Sequence record: NC_031120.1
Length of the DNA: 64,000 nucleotides
Reading direction: 5' to 3' (one strand)
Positions 9,635 to 18,919 of the stretch are shown in pieces. The first letter of the stretch is position 1, and every line of letters starts with the position of its first letter. The notes below the pieces were generated by a model. It saw nothing but the letters and a program-made list of their open reading frames with translations. It made no database searches and had not been told where the DNA came from. The position numbers were made by a program, and so were the translations under genes.

Positions 9635-11131
9635 ATGGCAGGCCCAGCTAAACAAGTCATGGGGGAAGTAATTCGCCCACGTTTCAACGTATTTACCATC
9701 ATGGATCACGCCCTCGGCACGTACGAGCGTGGTGAAGATGGTCTGTATTACCTGAACGGCGGATTTGCCCACATCATGGGTTTCGCTGGTCGTGGTAACA
9801 CCTTTAAGTCTACCCTGATGGACTTCTGCATCTTCATGATGCTGTTGCGTTACAACGCTGCCTGGGGATCGAAGTTCGATACCGAAGTCTCCGCAGCGCT
9901 TGACCGTCTGGAGCAGGGTTTCATTTCTGCGAAAAAAGCCAACGGTGTTGTGGACGATTCCACACTGCTGGACTTGATTGAAGCCGAACGCTATAACCTG
10001 GTCGGTTCGGACATTATGCCTGGCGAAGAATACTACGCCTCGTATATCCGTGACGAAGTAGAAGGCCGCTTCAAAGCGTACATGGGTGGCAAGGGTGTGC
10101 GTGAGACGCCATTCCGTGACCCAGTGCGTAAAGCCAATAAGAAGATGAACGACCCGTGGTATTACTCCATCGACTCCCTGTCAGAATGGCACTCTTCGAA
10201 GATTGAAGACAAACACTCTGAAACCAAGGTCGGTGACTCCGAGCAGAACGCCCTGAACATGCGTGACAGCTTAGAGAAGTCTAACATGATGAGCCGTTGG
10301 CCGTCAGCGTTAGCGCGTGGTGGTTTCTTCCTGGCCTTCGTTGCACAACTTGCTGATGACTCGGGTAAAGCCATGTCACAAGGTAAGGGTGCGAAACCGG
10401 CTAACGCCAAACTGTTGGATGATGCAGGCGACGATTTAAAGTTCGCAGGTATTCCACGCCGTCAGATTTCATTCCTGACCAACTCCTTACTGGTTGCGAC
10501 TAAATCGGGTGAGTTGAAACACGATAACTCGTATGACGCTAAGACTGGCGTTAACGAAGAGATGTATCCGACTAGCCGTTCGAAAGCGATGAACGCTTCC
10601 GTTAACGACCTGAAAGAAATCATCTTTACGCAGTATCGTGCGAAAGGCGGCCACACGGGCGTTAAGTTCCGTATGGTGTTCTCCCAGGAAATGGGCTTGC
10701 TGTACCACCTGTCACTGTGGCATTACCTGAACAAAGTGTTGAAGACCGATTACGGTTTCGACAGCTCCGGTTCAGGTGGCGCGATTAAAGAACTGCATAT
10801 CCTGCCGGGTGTGAAGTTCCAGCGTACCACTATCCGTGACCTCTGTGATGAGAACGCGCGTCTGCGTCGTGCTCTGGAGATTACGGTGGCAATGGCGTAC
10901 ATGCAGAACAACTACCACCGTCTGGAAATGAAGTACCACATCACTCCTCGTGAATTGTATGAGAAGATCAACGAGAAGTGGAGTTGGGATGAAATTCTCG
11001 ACAACACCGTTGAGTATTGGATGTTCAAAGACCAGGAAGTCAAAGGTGGTAAGCGCACATTGACAGCGATGTCTCTGCTGGCAATGGCGGTAGACGGTTT
11101 GGAACCAACGTTCTTAACCAAGAAAAAATAA
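9635..11131 (+). CDS. uvsX: UvsX/RecA-like recombinase (phiKZ gp152-like)
   Basis: Walker A variant GRGNTFKST, Walker B YSIDSLSE; size and position as in phiKZ-like phages. Confidence 0.85.
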   Translation: MAGPAKQVMGEVIRPRFNVFTIMDHALGTYERGEDGLYYLNGGFAHIMGFAGRGNTFKSTLMDFCIFMMLLRYNAAWGSKFDTEVSAALDRLEQGFISAKKANGVVDDSTLLDLIEAERYNLVGSDIMPGEEYYASYIRDEVEGRFKAYMGGKGVRETPFRDPVRKANKKMNDPWYYSIDSLSEWHSSKIEDKHSETKVGDSEQNALNMRDSLEKSNMMSRWPSALARGGFFLAFVAQLADDSGKAMSQGKGAKPANAKLLDDAGDDLKFAGIPRRQISFLTNSLLVATKSGELKHDNSYDAKTGVNEEMYPTSRSKAMNASVNDLKEIIFTQYRAKGGHTGVKFRMVFSQEMGLLYHLSLWHYLNKVLKTDYGFDSSGSGGAIKELHILPGVKFQRTTIRDLCDENARLRRALEITVAMAYMQNNYHRLEMKYHITPRELYEKINEKWSWDEILDNTVEYWMFKDQEVKGGKRTLTAMSLLAMAVDGLEPTFLTKKK

Positions 11132-11136
11132 TCGTA

Positions 11137-11161
11137 GACGGTGGGGTAACCCACCGTTTTA
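11137..11161 (+). terminator. Intrinsic terminator
   Basis: ACGGTGGG/CCCACCGT stem with GTAA loop then TTTT. Confidence 0.65.
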
Positions 11162-11173
11162 ATAGGAGCTGAC

Positions 11174-11464
11174 ATGCGTTATCAAAATAGTATTGTCGAG
11201 CGCCTGCGTCAAGGTCTGGCAGCGATTGATCGTGATGAGAGTGATAACTTCGTCAAGGAGTTCACTCGCCCACGTCATACCCTGAAAGAGTTTGCTGATG
11301 AAGCGAACGCGTATTTCAATAAGCTTCTGAAAGATGCCACCCAAGGCAACGGCCAGATGCCGCTGATTGGTACGCCCGAAAATGCGGACGCCATCCCCTA
11401 CTGGATTGAAGATCTGGAACGGGCTGTGTATCCCGACCTGCGTATCTCGAGGTTAGTCAAATGA
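11174..11464 (+). CDS. Hypothetical protein
   Basis: AGGAG RBS, 96 aa. Confidence 0.75.
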   Translation: MRYQNSIVERLRQGLAAIDRDESDNFVKEFTRPRHTLKEFADEANAYFNKLLKDATQGNGQMPLIGTPENADAIPYWIEDLERAVYPDLRISRLVK

Positions 11465-12129
11465 GATTAGACCCTGCACGCCGTAAGAAGGCTGAAGCCT
11501 ACGTGATTCAGCTGTTGAAACTGATTGACCCCAGCGGCATTAATGCTGAGGCCATGAAGCGTCGTCTGCCGAAAATGTCAGATGCGGACTTCAACAAGCT
11601 GCGCGACGGTATCCCGATTTACAATCCGGCGGGCGGGAAGGTACAGATCGACCACATGCGCAACATTGAAATTTGTCGCATCATGGGGTTAGAGCTGTGC
11701 CAGCGTTTGTATTTCACCGAGCCGAAGACGGGGCTGTTGCACCGTACTCGTTGGCCTCACATCGTGATGCCGTTACCTGCTCGTCGACAAACGCAGATGC
11801 AGGAAAAGAAAATGGCCGTGGCGAAGAACGACAAAGTTCGTGATAAGCTCTCTGGTCAGGTGGTGGGGCCGTCTAAAGCCTCCGGGGTTTCTTTCCCAGA
11901 AGCCTACATCATGTTCTCCGACGGATTAGATAATACGTTGGAAGAGTTCCTGCATGCACGCGGCGGTAATGAAGCATTACAGCGCGCGTTCTATCAATCC
12001 ATTCGTCAAACCGGTGCCGGTCGTATTCAGCTGCCGGGTGCAGAACGTACCAGTGCGAAAGCAACACGGACGTGGAGCGCCTACCTGAAAGCGATGGGCA
12101 TCGGCAACAACATAGGTAATCCGCAATGA
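11461..12129 (+). CDS. Virion RNA polymerase beta subunit, C-terminal fragment (phiKZ gp149-like)
   Basis: KKMAVAKNDKVRDKLSGQVVGPSKASGVSFPEAYIMFSDGLDNTLEEFLHARGGN aligns with the RpoB C-terminal block (…SLVTQQPLGGK…[27 protein letters not shown]). Confidence 0.8.
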   Translation: MRLDPARRKKAEAYVIQLLKLIDPSGINAEAMKRRLPKMSDADFNKLRDGIPIYNPAGGKVQIDHMRNIEICRIMGLELCQRLYFTEPKTGLLHRTRWPHIVMPLPARRQTQMQEKKMAVAKNDKVRDKLSGQVVGPSKASGVSFPEAYIMFSDGLDNTLEEFLHARGGNEALQRAFYQSIRQTGAGRIQLPGAERTSAKATRTWSAYLKAMGIGNNIGNPQ

Positions 12130-12857
12130 GACATGGCCGCCGTTATCTCGCGTGTGTAGACACGATTTTCGACACCCGTATTGGGTGGGCGAGAGCCACT
12201 TATCCTGAACAGATTGAAGCGTTTGACCTGGACGTGTACCGCGGTCGACATTCAGAAGTTTGGGCAGATATGGCGGGCATTCCGGATTGGGATAAGCACT
12301 ACGCGAAACGCGACAAGCGAGCGCTGATGAACGCTACCCCTACCGAGTTTCTCTACGGGTTAAAGAACATCATCCTGGGTGACATCACCCAGATACAGAT
12401 GGCAGCCCCATTAGAACGGCCAACATTAACCATCAACATGTGGCCGTATCGTGATTTGACCGAGGAAGAATCAGACGCTTTCTTGGCGCACTTCCGGATG
12501 TTCTATAACGAGGTTAAGGTTGAGCTGACATACACCCCGTTTGCTAACCTGACCATCGGGCATCTGAATACCCTGTGGGATAAGTGGTACATGTACGACT
12601 GGTTCCGTTGGGTCGATATCCAGGCAAAAAAATTAGAAGTAAAAGCACCGGAGTTCACGATTGTGATTCCGGCACTGATACTTCGCGAGATACCTGACTC
12701 AGCTGCGGACGCAATTGAGCGAGACAACGTCAATCCGTTCCTGGCCTTGACGCGGTTTATGGAGGAGATAGTTACCGTCGATGTGGTAGACGCACGGCTC
12801 TTTAGTATTCATCGTCCTCGTCCCCAACCGGACGTTGGGCAAACGCCGTCTTCATAA
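12126..12857 (+). CDS. Conserved jumbo-phage protein, possibly HAD-like fold
   Basis: N-terminal YLACVDTIFDTR resembles a degenerate HAD motif I. Confidence 0.6.
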   Translation: MRHGRRYLACVDTIFDTRIGWARATYPEQIEAFDLDVYRGRHSEVWADMAGIPDWDKHYAKRDKRALMNATPTEFLYGLKNIILGDITQIQMAAPLERPTLTINMWPYRDLTEEESDAFLAHFRMFYNEVKVELTYTPFANLTIGHLNTLWDKWYMYDWFRWVDIQAKKLEVKAPEFTIVIPALILREIPDSAADAIERDNVNPFLALTRFMEEIVTVDVVDARLFSIHRPRPQPDVGQTPSS

Positions 12858-13293
12858 TCAGCTCGACGTCGATTTTCTCTCCGACCGGTGCCAACTCGCC
12901 CTCACCATGTTCCCCATCTGGGATATGTGGCACGGCGGGTTGGTACCCACTATTTTGTCCGTCAGGTGGACCATCGTGGCGTTCGATACGCGCACCACGT
13001 TTATCTCGTACCCAGTTGTTCAGGGCGTTGGCAACATCTTGCTGGGCTCCGGCAGATTTGTCTGCGGCCTCGGCACGACGTTTACCCAGGACTTGTTTGT
13101 CCACACCATCCAACATCTTAACCAGCGAGCTGACAAGTTTGGAATCGAGGTGCATCTGAGGCACCTGCATCAGGTCATTACTGATCTTGATACGGGCTTG
13201 CTGCGTCTGGCGAAGAAGCGACTCCTCGTCGTCTACATCACCGTCGAAGGCTTGGTACGCAACCTTTACATCTTCTTCTTCGCTTTGGCTCAT
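12802..13293 (-). CDS. Hypothetical protein with acidic termini
   Basis: GAGG RBS, 163 aa, coiled-coil core. Confidence 0.75.
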   Translation of the reverse strand: MSQSEEEDVKVAYQAFDGDVDDEESLLRQTQQARIKISNDLMQVPQMHLDSKLVSSLVKMLDGVDKQVLGKRRAEAADKSAGAQQDVANALNNWVRDKRGARIERHDGPPDGQNSGYQPAVPHIPDGEHGEGELAPVGEKIDVELIMKTAFAQRPVGDEDDEY

Positions 13294-13320
13294 GGATTAT
13301 TCCTCATCTCAAAAAGAACT

Positions 13321-13342
13321 CAGACAGATATTATCTTCATGA
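13321..13342 (+). promoter_or_regulatory. Putative early promoter
   Basis: CAGAC-AGATATTATCTTCATGA. Confidence 0.7.
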
Positions 13343-13367
13343 GTTACTGCTCATTAAGGATCAACAT

Positions 13368-13901
13368 ATGTCATTTAAGTGGCTCACAAATCCTTTAAAG
13401 CGATACGTCTATAAACGCCGTAGAAGCTTTTTAGAAGGCGAGTTCCATAAGAATGCCCACAACCTGTACCAACGGGTCATGGTCGGCTTAGAGCTGATTA
13501 CAGAGCCGTTGGTTTATGGTACGGAAGTGTACACCCCACTCTCGTTAACCGGGCACGTTGAACTTCGTTGTTCGAGCGTCACTGTGGTGTTTGATCGCCT
13601 GTCGTTTCTGACGCGTGATTATTCGCGAGTGATTAACGAACCGGGTCCACACCCGGAGTGGAGTCCTTATCCCATTACCTTGGAGGCAAAAAACGATGTT
13701 ACCAATCGCAAGTGGTTAGATGAATACTTTGCGACGCAAGACCCAGAAGTCGCCCGTGATGCACTGCGGGAAATCTTCTGTCTTTTAGATGTTTATCGGG
13801 TAGCGTTTGATAAAGACGGCGACCCTGATAAAGATGTGTTGGCCAACCGAACAGCACATCTGCTGCGCGAGTTAGAGTGTATAGTGGAACACTACCTCTA
13901 A
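13368..13901 (+). CDS. Hypothetical protein
   Basis: AAGGA RBS, 177 aa. Confidence 0.8.
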   Translation: MSFKWLTNPLKRYVYKRRRSFLEGEFHKNAHNLYQRVMVGLELITEPLVYGTEVYTPLSLTGHVELRCSSVTVVFDRLSFLTRDYSRVINEPGPHPEWSPYPITLEAKNDVTNRKWLDEYFATQDPEVARDALREIFCLLDVYRVAFDKDGDPDKDVLANRTAHLLRELECIVEHYL

Positions 13902-13931
13902 CAGACTTCCACCCTTGTAACAAGGTGAAGC

Positions 13932-14774
13932 ATGGCAAAGAAACGCGACGACAAGGTAGACATGTGGATACGACAAGGGACAGAGCATGACTCTCCCATT
14001 GGTGCGTATCTTCAGGAAACCTACTGGAACATAGTCAAAGCAATGCGACTATCGTCCTCCGACTGGAAGGACATGGCTAAAGTGTTCGCTAACGATGATC
14101 GTTATCGTGGGCGTTCAACGGCCGAACCGAACGAACGACTCTCCCGACTGGCCACCGCTTTAACCAGTGGTAACATGCCGGGGGTCGGCGTTGACCTGAC
14201 CTGGAAGCGATTCATCGAAGGTCTGGTGCTATTGGGTATCGATACGCTGACAATAACTATGGAAGGTAAGCGAGGCAAGTTCGCGTCAAAGGCACGGGTG
14301 TCCGCGTCCTGTCACCCGCATCTCGATTTATTGAAGACCATCAATAAAGAAGATGAGGAACAGATCCGACGCTCAGCGAGCAATGCACTTAATCATTACT
14401 TCGAGAACCCGCGACATACGGCGACTCGGATAATGGAACACGTTCTCTTGAAGTTACTCTGGGGCTTCTTTGCCGAATACAACATTCGGGCAGACATGTG
14501 GCGTCGCCTAGCAGCGGCCTATGTGAATAACCCCAAGAACTGTCCTGCGTTGTCTAACCGACGTAGCGACATGCGCCACAATCTGGAATCGGCCATTCGT
14601 TTTACGAAGAAGCTGACCTGGAAACGCTTTCTTCAGGCATTGAAAGCGATGGACATGCGGGAAGTCACCTGTGTGTTCTTGGTGCGCGATTCGAGAGGAT
14701 GGGAACACGAAGTCACGCTGCCGATTGATCTCACCACCCTCGTTCTGCGGAGTAATACCGATGGCACTGAATAG
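13932..14774 (+). CDS. Hypothetical basic protein with internal domain duplication
   Basis: Two repeats each ending LTWKRF; AAGGTG RBS. Confidence 0.8.
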   Translation: MAKKRDDKVDMWIRQGTEHDSPIGAYLQETYWNIVKAMRLSSSDWKDMAKVFANDDRYRGRSTAEPNERLSRLATALTSGNMPGVGVDLTWKRFIEGLVLLGIDTLTITMEGKRGKFASKARVSASCHPHLDLLKTINKEDEEQIRRSASNALNHYFENPRHTATRIMEHVLLKLLWGFFAEYNIRADMWRRLAAAYVNNPKNCPALSNRRSDMRHNLESAIRFTKKLTWKRFLQALKAMDMREVTCVFLVRDSRGWEHEVTLPIDLTTLVLRSNTDGTE

Positions 14775-16044
14775 TATCGATAGAATCACGGACCGGGTCA
14801 GCAGTGTCGGGAGTGCAGCCGACCAGCTTCAGTATAAGGCTACTGACGCTGCGAACCGTGTTCAGAGTACCGTCGATGGGGCAGCGCGCGGCATTGATGC
14901 CGCCAGTAACCTCTACGACAACGTGTCCGAGAAAGCCGGGGAAACCTGGAACAAAGTCAGTGATGGGGCGAGCAGTATCGCTGATAAATTTGGAAACCTG
15001 TTCGGGGGTAGCGATGAAGCCTCCACCAATGCGGTACAGGCGGCGGGCTCAGCCGAGTCCGGGGTGTCGCCTACTAACCGTATTGCCGGATTCGCTAACG
15101 ACCCGAAAGGCACCCTCCCTTCCCTGGACCCGATTAAGCGTGAAGTCTCTGAGCCGTTTAAGGCCAAGAACGAAGCTGCCTCGGGGGTCATGGATTACCT
15201 GAAGCCAGGTAAGGCGGGCAATCTCCTGTCGCAAGGCTTTGATAAGCTGAAGACGCTCCGTGACGGTGCATTAAAGGCCGTGGGGACGGACTATGCGTCA
15301 GTGAAGAAACGGCTGGAATCCACCATGCAGTTGGCGGGGCAACTCAGCCGCCTGCCGGGGGAAATCCAGCAAGAGGTGTACGGCTATACCTCGGCCTTTA
15401 ACCAGGCCAAGAATGAAGTCACCTCGGTGATTGACGGTGCAAAACACACCTTCGACACCTTATCGGATTTCGATAACTATCTGGCTATCGATGAACTGAT
15501 CACAAGCTTTACCGGCAAGACGAACGATATCCGCAGTCTGGATATCAACACCTCATCTGCCCTCATCTACGGGATTTCCAGCAAGCTGTCTGATTTCGGA
15601 CTGCCGCAGAAAACCGAGCCGATGGTAGAAGCTATTACTGACCCCGTCGCAAAAGCCGTCCTTTGGGGTGAGCTGTTAGTGCAAGCCGCAGGTATTGGTA
15701 ATCTCGATTCAATCGAGTATTACATCGGCAAGCTGCAACCGGGTCAAGGGCGGGAGTTAGCACCAACGGTGATTCCGTCACTGTTGCGCAACCTCCAGTA
15801 TGAAGATGGGGTGGGCTACAAAGCGATGGGGGTACGTATCCTGGCCATTTGTAACTCGTTAAATCCGAACTGGGATAAAAGCACCAGTGCACCGGTTCGC
15901 ACGGAGCTGCTGCCGTATACCTACTGCAACAGCAATGCGATTCAGGCGTTACTGACCACGGTGAAGCGGCCGTACGTCTGTGCTGCGGGCAGCCGTCGTC
16001 TCACGACGTCGAATATCCTGGTTGATCAGTTCTTTCCAGTTTAA
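14761..16044 (+). CDS. Probable virion structural protein
   Basis: GGAG RBS before ATG 14761 (start moved from 14671); low-complexity Ser/Ala N-terminus. Confidence 0.7.
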   Translation: MALNSIDRITDRVSSVGSAADQLQYKATDAANRVQSTVDGAARGIDAASNLYDNVSEKAGETWNKVSDGASSIADKFGNLFGGSDEASTNAVQAAGSAESGVSPTNRIAGFANDPKGTLPSLDPIKREVSEPFKAKNEAASGVMDYLKPGKAGNLLSQGFDKLKTLRDGALKAVGTDYASVKKRLESTMQLAGQLSRLPGEIQQEVYGYTSAFNQAKNEVTSVIDGAKHTFDTLSDFDNYLAIDELITSFTGKTNDIRSLDINTSSALIYGISSKLSDFGLPQKTEPMVEAITDPVAKAVLWGELLVQAAGIGNLDSIEYYIGKLQPGQGRELAPTVIPSLLRNLQYEDGVGYKAMGVRILAICNSLNPNWDKSTSAPVRTELLPYTYCNSNAIQALLTTVKRPYVCAAGSRRLTTSNILVDQFFPV

Positions 16045-16053
16045 GGTGTGATT

Positions 16054-17061
16054 ATGTCAAAGAGTGAAATGCAGGCACGAGACGACGTGGTCGAACAGGT
16101 CCAACGTGCGAATGAATATGACGATGTGGAGAAGGCAAAAATCATTGCCCGTATCATGCATAATCATCATTTACGGTTCCACAGTGAAGAGACGTTACTC
16201 AATACATCTCTTCCGCTATCCTTTCGGATAGACGCATTTCTGACAGCAAAACACGACTCCATTTACGGCAACGCGATGGGTCGGCGATTCGGCCTTATTG
16301 CCAGTGAAGGTATTGCCGCCTACGACGTTTGTCGTTTGCCGCAGGTATTTGACGCTGAATCCCGCGAGTGTTACGTTCGCTACCTACGAAGTCTGGGTTG
16401 TGTTCATCAGACCCAGGAACGAAATACGGCGACGGACGGAATCAACCATTACAACATCTATTCGCAGGCGAAGACGCTTATTGGACAGATGGCGAGTAAT
16501 TTTGAATCCGGTCCTGCGGGTGGCTTCGATACTCCACACGGCATGTTCAATACACTGGAGGGTTATTACCATATCCTGCGGGTGATTGACTTTGCTGTGG
16601 CGACCGAAGGCGACGATTATCCGATGTGGCAACACAACAACGAATTATCGCGCGACATCACCATCCTGCAAACCTACAGTTGTCCGTTCCCAGAAGTCGA
16701 TCAGCTGTATATGCTCGACGGGGCGAGCTGCATTCGCGTGGGTCGTGAATTAAAGCGTAAGTTGTACGGTGGCACCAGTTATCGTCCTGGGGCGTTCTCT
16801 GAGCACGCTGAGCGTTGTTTTATGACAGCGGTCGTGCGCAAGTTGCACGTCTTACAGTACGATGGCCGTTGTCTGGGGAACGTGCTGGCTGAGATTGTTC
16901 AGCAGCGGGTGCCGTTAGACCACTACTACGTGATGCAAGGGCGTATCATGCGGCCGAAACACGCGGAGTGGTTGCCTGACCTGTTGACCCGTATTGTTGA
17001 GCACATCGATCCGTACGCAAGTACGTTTGATCCTGATGAGGTCATTAAACTACTGGAGTAG
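16054..17061 (+). CDS. Protein with NADAR-like (T4 gp30.3-type) domain
   Basis: NIYSQAKTLIGQMASNFESGPAGGFDTPHGMFNTLEGYY matches the SNF..F...G.F..LEG signature of phage NADAR proteins. Confidence 0.55.
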   Translation: MSKSEMQARDDVVEQVQRANEYDDVEKAKIIARIMHNHHLRFHSEETLLNTSLPLSFRIDAFLTAKHDSIYGNAMGRRFGLIASEGIAAYDVCRLPQVFDAESRECYVRYLRSLGCVHQTQERNTATDGINHYNIYSQAKTLIGQMASNFESGPAGGFDTPHGMFNTLEGYYHILRVIDFAVATEGDDYPMWQHNNELSRDITILQTYSCPFPEVDQLYMLDGASCIRVGRELKRKLYGGTSYRPGAFSEHAERCFMTAVVRKLHVLQYDGRCLGNVLAEIVQQRVPLDHYYVMQGRIMRPKHAEWLPDLLTRIVEHIDPYASTFDPDEVIKLLE

Positions 17062-17064
17062 TCC

Positions 17065-17724
17065 ATGTCATTTCTGGATGTGTTAGACGAGGTGGAACAG
17101 AAGATGGAGCAGGAGGTGATTAAGGTCGCCCGTGAATCCGTCTCCACCGAGAAAGAGAAAGAATACTGCCTGTGGGTCAAGCCGACTGTTGAAGGTTGGC
17201 GTTGGCTGTACGCGCAGCAGGGTCACTTCCACTTAGACGTACTGATGCCGATTGCGGGCGGACGTCGTCGTATCCGCATTGAAGAAGGGAAAGCGGAGCT
17301 GACACTGAAACGCTGGAGCGAAGAGAACGGTACCGTGGAAGAGAACTCCGATATCGGGTTTGATACCGCGCTGACCTTCTACGCAGACGGCCATGCGGCA
17401 CATCTGGTTCGGCGTATTCGCCTGGAACCGGGAGAGCTGGCGGAGAAAGGCGGTAAGCATTGGGACATTGACGTGTTCTACAGCTACCAGGGACGTCCAA
17501 TGCTGCCCGACCTGCAAGCCTTCAAGGATGTGGTGGAAGCAGCTGAGGCTGGTACCTCGTACGGCGAATGGGTGAAGGTAGAGCTGGAAGTCGAGCGCTA
17601 CGAACTGGAGTCTATCCGGGAATTCATTCCGTTCGAAGTCGAAGCGACTATGGCCAGTCGTCCGAGCAACCAGGAAGACCAAGTGTTCCTGCGTGATTAC
17701 TGGGACAACGTCATCAGTCTGTAA
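17065..17724 (+). CDS. CYTH / triphosphate-tunnel metalloenzyme
   Basis: EKEKE (ExExK-like), RIRIEEGKAELTLKR, EEN, RRIR...WDIDVF, KVELEV motifs in canonical order. Confidence 0.75.
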   Translation: MSFLDVLDEVEQKMEQEVIKVARESVSTEKEKEYCLWVKPTVEGWRWLYAQQGHFHLDVLMPIAGGRRRIRIEEGKAELTLKRWSEENGTVEENSDIGFDTALTFYADGHAAHLVRRIRLEPGELAEKGGKHWDIDVFYSYQGRPMLPDLQAFKDVVEAAEAGTSYGEWVKVELEVERYELESIREFIPFEVEATMASRPSNQEDQVFLRDYWDNVISL

Positions 17725-17729
17725 GCAGT

Positions 17730-17767
17730 GCCCACCCTTCGGGGTGGGTTCTTTCTTTTTCTTTTTT
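17730..17767 (+). terminator. Intrinsic terminator
   Basis: GCCCACCC-TTCG-GGGTGGGT plus long T-tract. Confidence 0.85.
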
Positions 17768-17791
17768 CACGGCATGGGCTGTGTCTATGTA
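17765..17791 (+). promoter_or_regulatory. Putative middle promoter
   Basis: TTTCACGGC-N12-TATGTA upstream of the thyA operon. Confidence 0.55.
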
Positions 17792-17813
17792 TAAACCTCA
17801 AGGAATAATAACC

Positions 17814-18272
17814 ATGAACAACCTGGTATTTGCAGACTCTATCGGTCTCGTGCTCAACGGGAAGCGTATTAAGCACACCTTCGACCATCACTGGAAATCG
17901 TTGATTCAACGCCTGAAAGGTCAGGCACGCATTATCCTGACCAACGAAATCAATCTGAACGCCAACGTAGAAAGCTGCGGGCAGATGTACGCGTTCCATA
18001 TTCCGCGTGAGACCGGCAAAGCCTTGCTGAAACACGGCGAGTTCCAAAGCCGGGTCGCTAGCTGGCGGATGCTGGGTGCATTGTCAGCGATGGCTGAAAA
18101 GACCGTATCGCAATCCATGGTACCCACCACGTTAGGTAACGGGGACATCGTCCTGTTGGTGTACCGTTCAAGCGACGATGCCGAGCTGTCCTTTATGGTC
18201 AGCTACGCCCACGAAACCAAAACTCTGCAAGAGGTGATAGAAGATGCCGGACAAAATACTGCCCACGCGTGA
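17814..18272 (+). CDS. Hypothetical protein
   Basis: AAGGA RBS before ATG 17814. Confidence 0.75.
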   Translation: MNNLVFADSIGLVLNGKRIKHTFDHHWKSLIQRLKGQARIILTNEINLNANVESCGQMYAFHIPRETGKALLKHGEFQSRVASWRMLGALSAMAEKTVSQSMVPTTLGNGDIVLLVYRSSDDAELSFMVSYAHETKTLQEVIEDAGQNTAHA

Positions 18273-18918
18273 AGTGTTTGAAAAGGTGAACGTCTGGAAT
18301 ACCGACGCCGATGTCTACAAGCACGGTTCACTTCATCAGCAGGCGCTGAAAGTTTATCGCTACCTCGGTCAACTGGCCGAGGGTGTCCAGAAGATGGACC
18401 ATCTGGCTATTGCCGCCGCAACTGGCAATTACATGATTAACCTGTACAGCACATTAGCGTTTGTCGGTATCAAACCGGGTGAGTTCGATTGCGCATACGT
18501 CACCGCCCCGTTAGGGCGCGACAACACGCCGGTACATCACATGGTCCATTTGCTCATGACCCGGACGACGCAGGTCATTTCGATGGCTGACCAGTACGAC
18601 AGTCCGGCTGGGAGCAATTTAATGCGCGGGGTGTTACTGGGGCAGCTCAACGACACCATGGCACTGCTCAAAGCCATTGCCAATAAGTCAGGCTTCTACA
18701 TTGAGCGTACTGTGGTGAATGCCGGAAATGTACTGTTGTCCAAAAAGGGTAAGCTCGATGAGTTCGGCCTGTTCTACGCCGACAAACCGGTCGTGGTGGT
18801 TGCGCCAGTGACGCTGACTTCACCGTTCGATGGTCTCGATGATGTGCATCGGGAAAAACTTGGCAAACTTCTCGGGGTTACTCCCGAGCAAATGGGTTAT
18901 CAGGAAAAGGATAAGTAA
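18244..18918 (+). CDS. MazG-like protein lacking the catalytic acidic residues (pseudoenzyme)
   Basis: Ungapped alignment to 21931..22842 core; EE..E/D..D replaced by RY..Q/A..N. Confidence 0.7.
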   Translation: MPDKILPTREVFEKVNVWNTDADVYKHGSLHQQALKVYRYLGQLAEGVQKMDHLAIAAATGNYMINLYSTLAFVGIKPGEFDCAYVTAPLGRDNTPVHHMVHLLMTRTTQVISMADQYDSPAGSNLMRGVLLGQLNDTMALLKAIANKSGFYIERTVVNAGNVLLSKKGKLDEFGLFYADKPVVVVAPVTLTSPFDGLDDVHREKLGKLLGVTPEQMGYQEKDK

Positions 18919-18919
18919 C

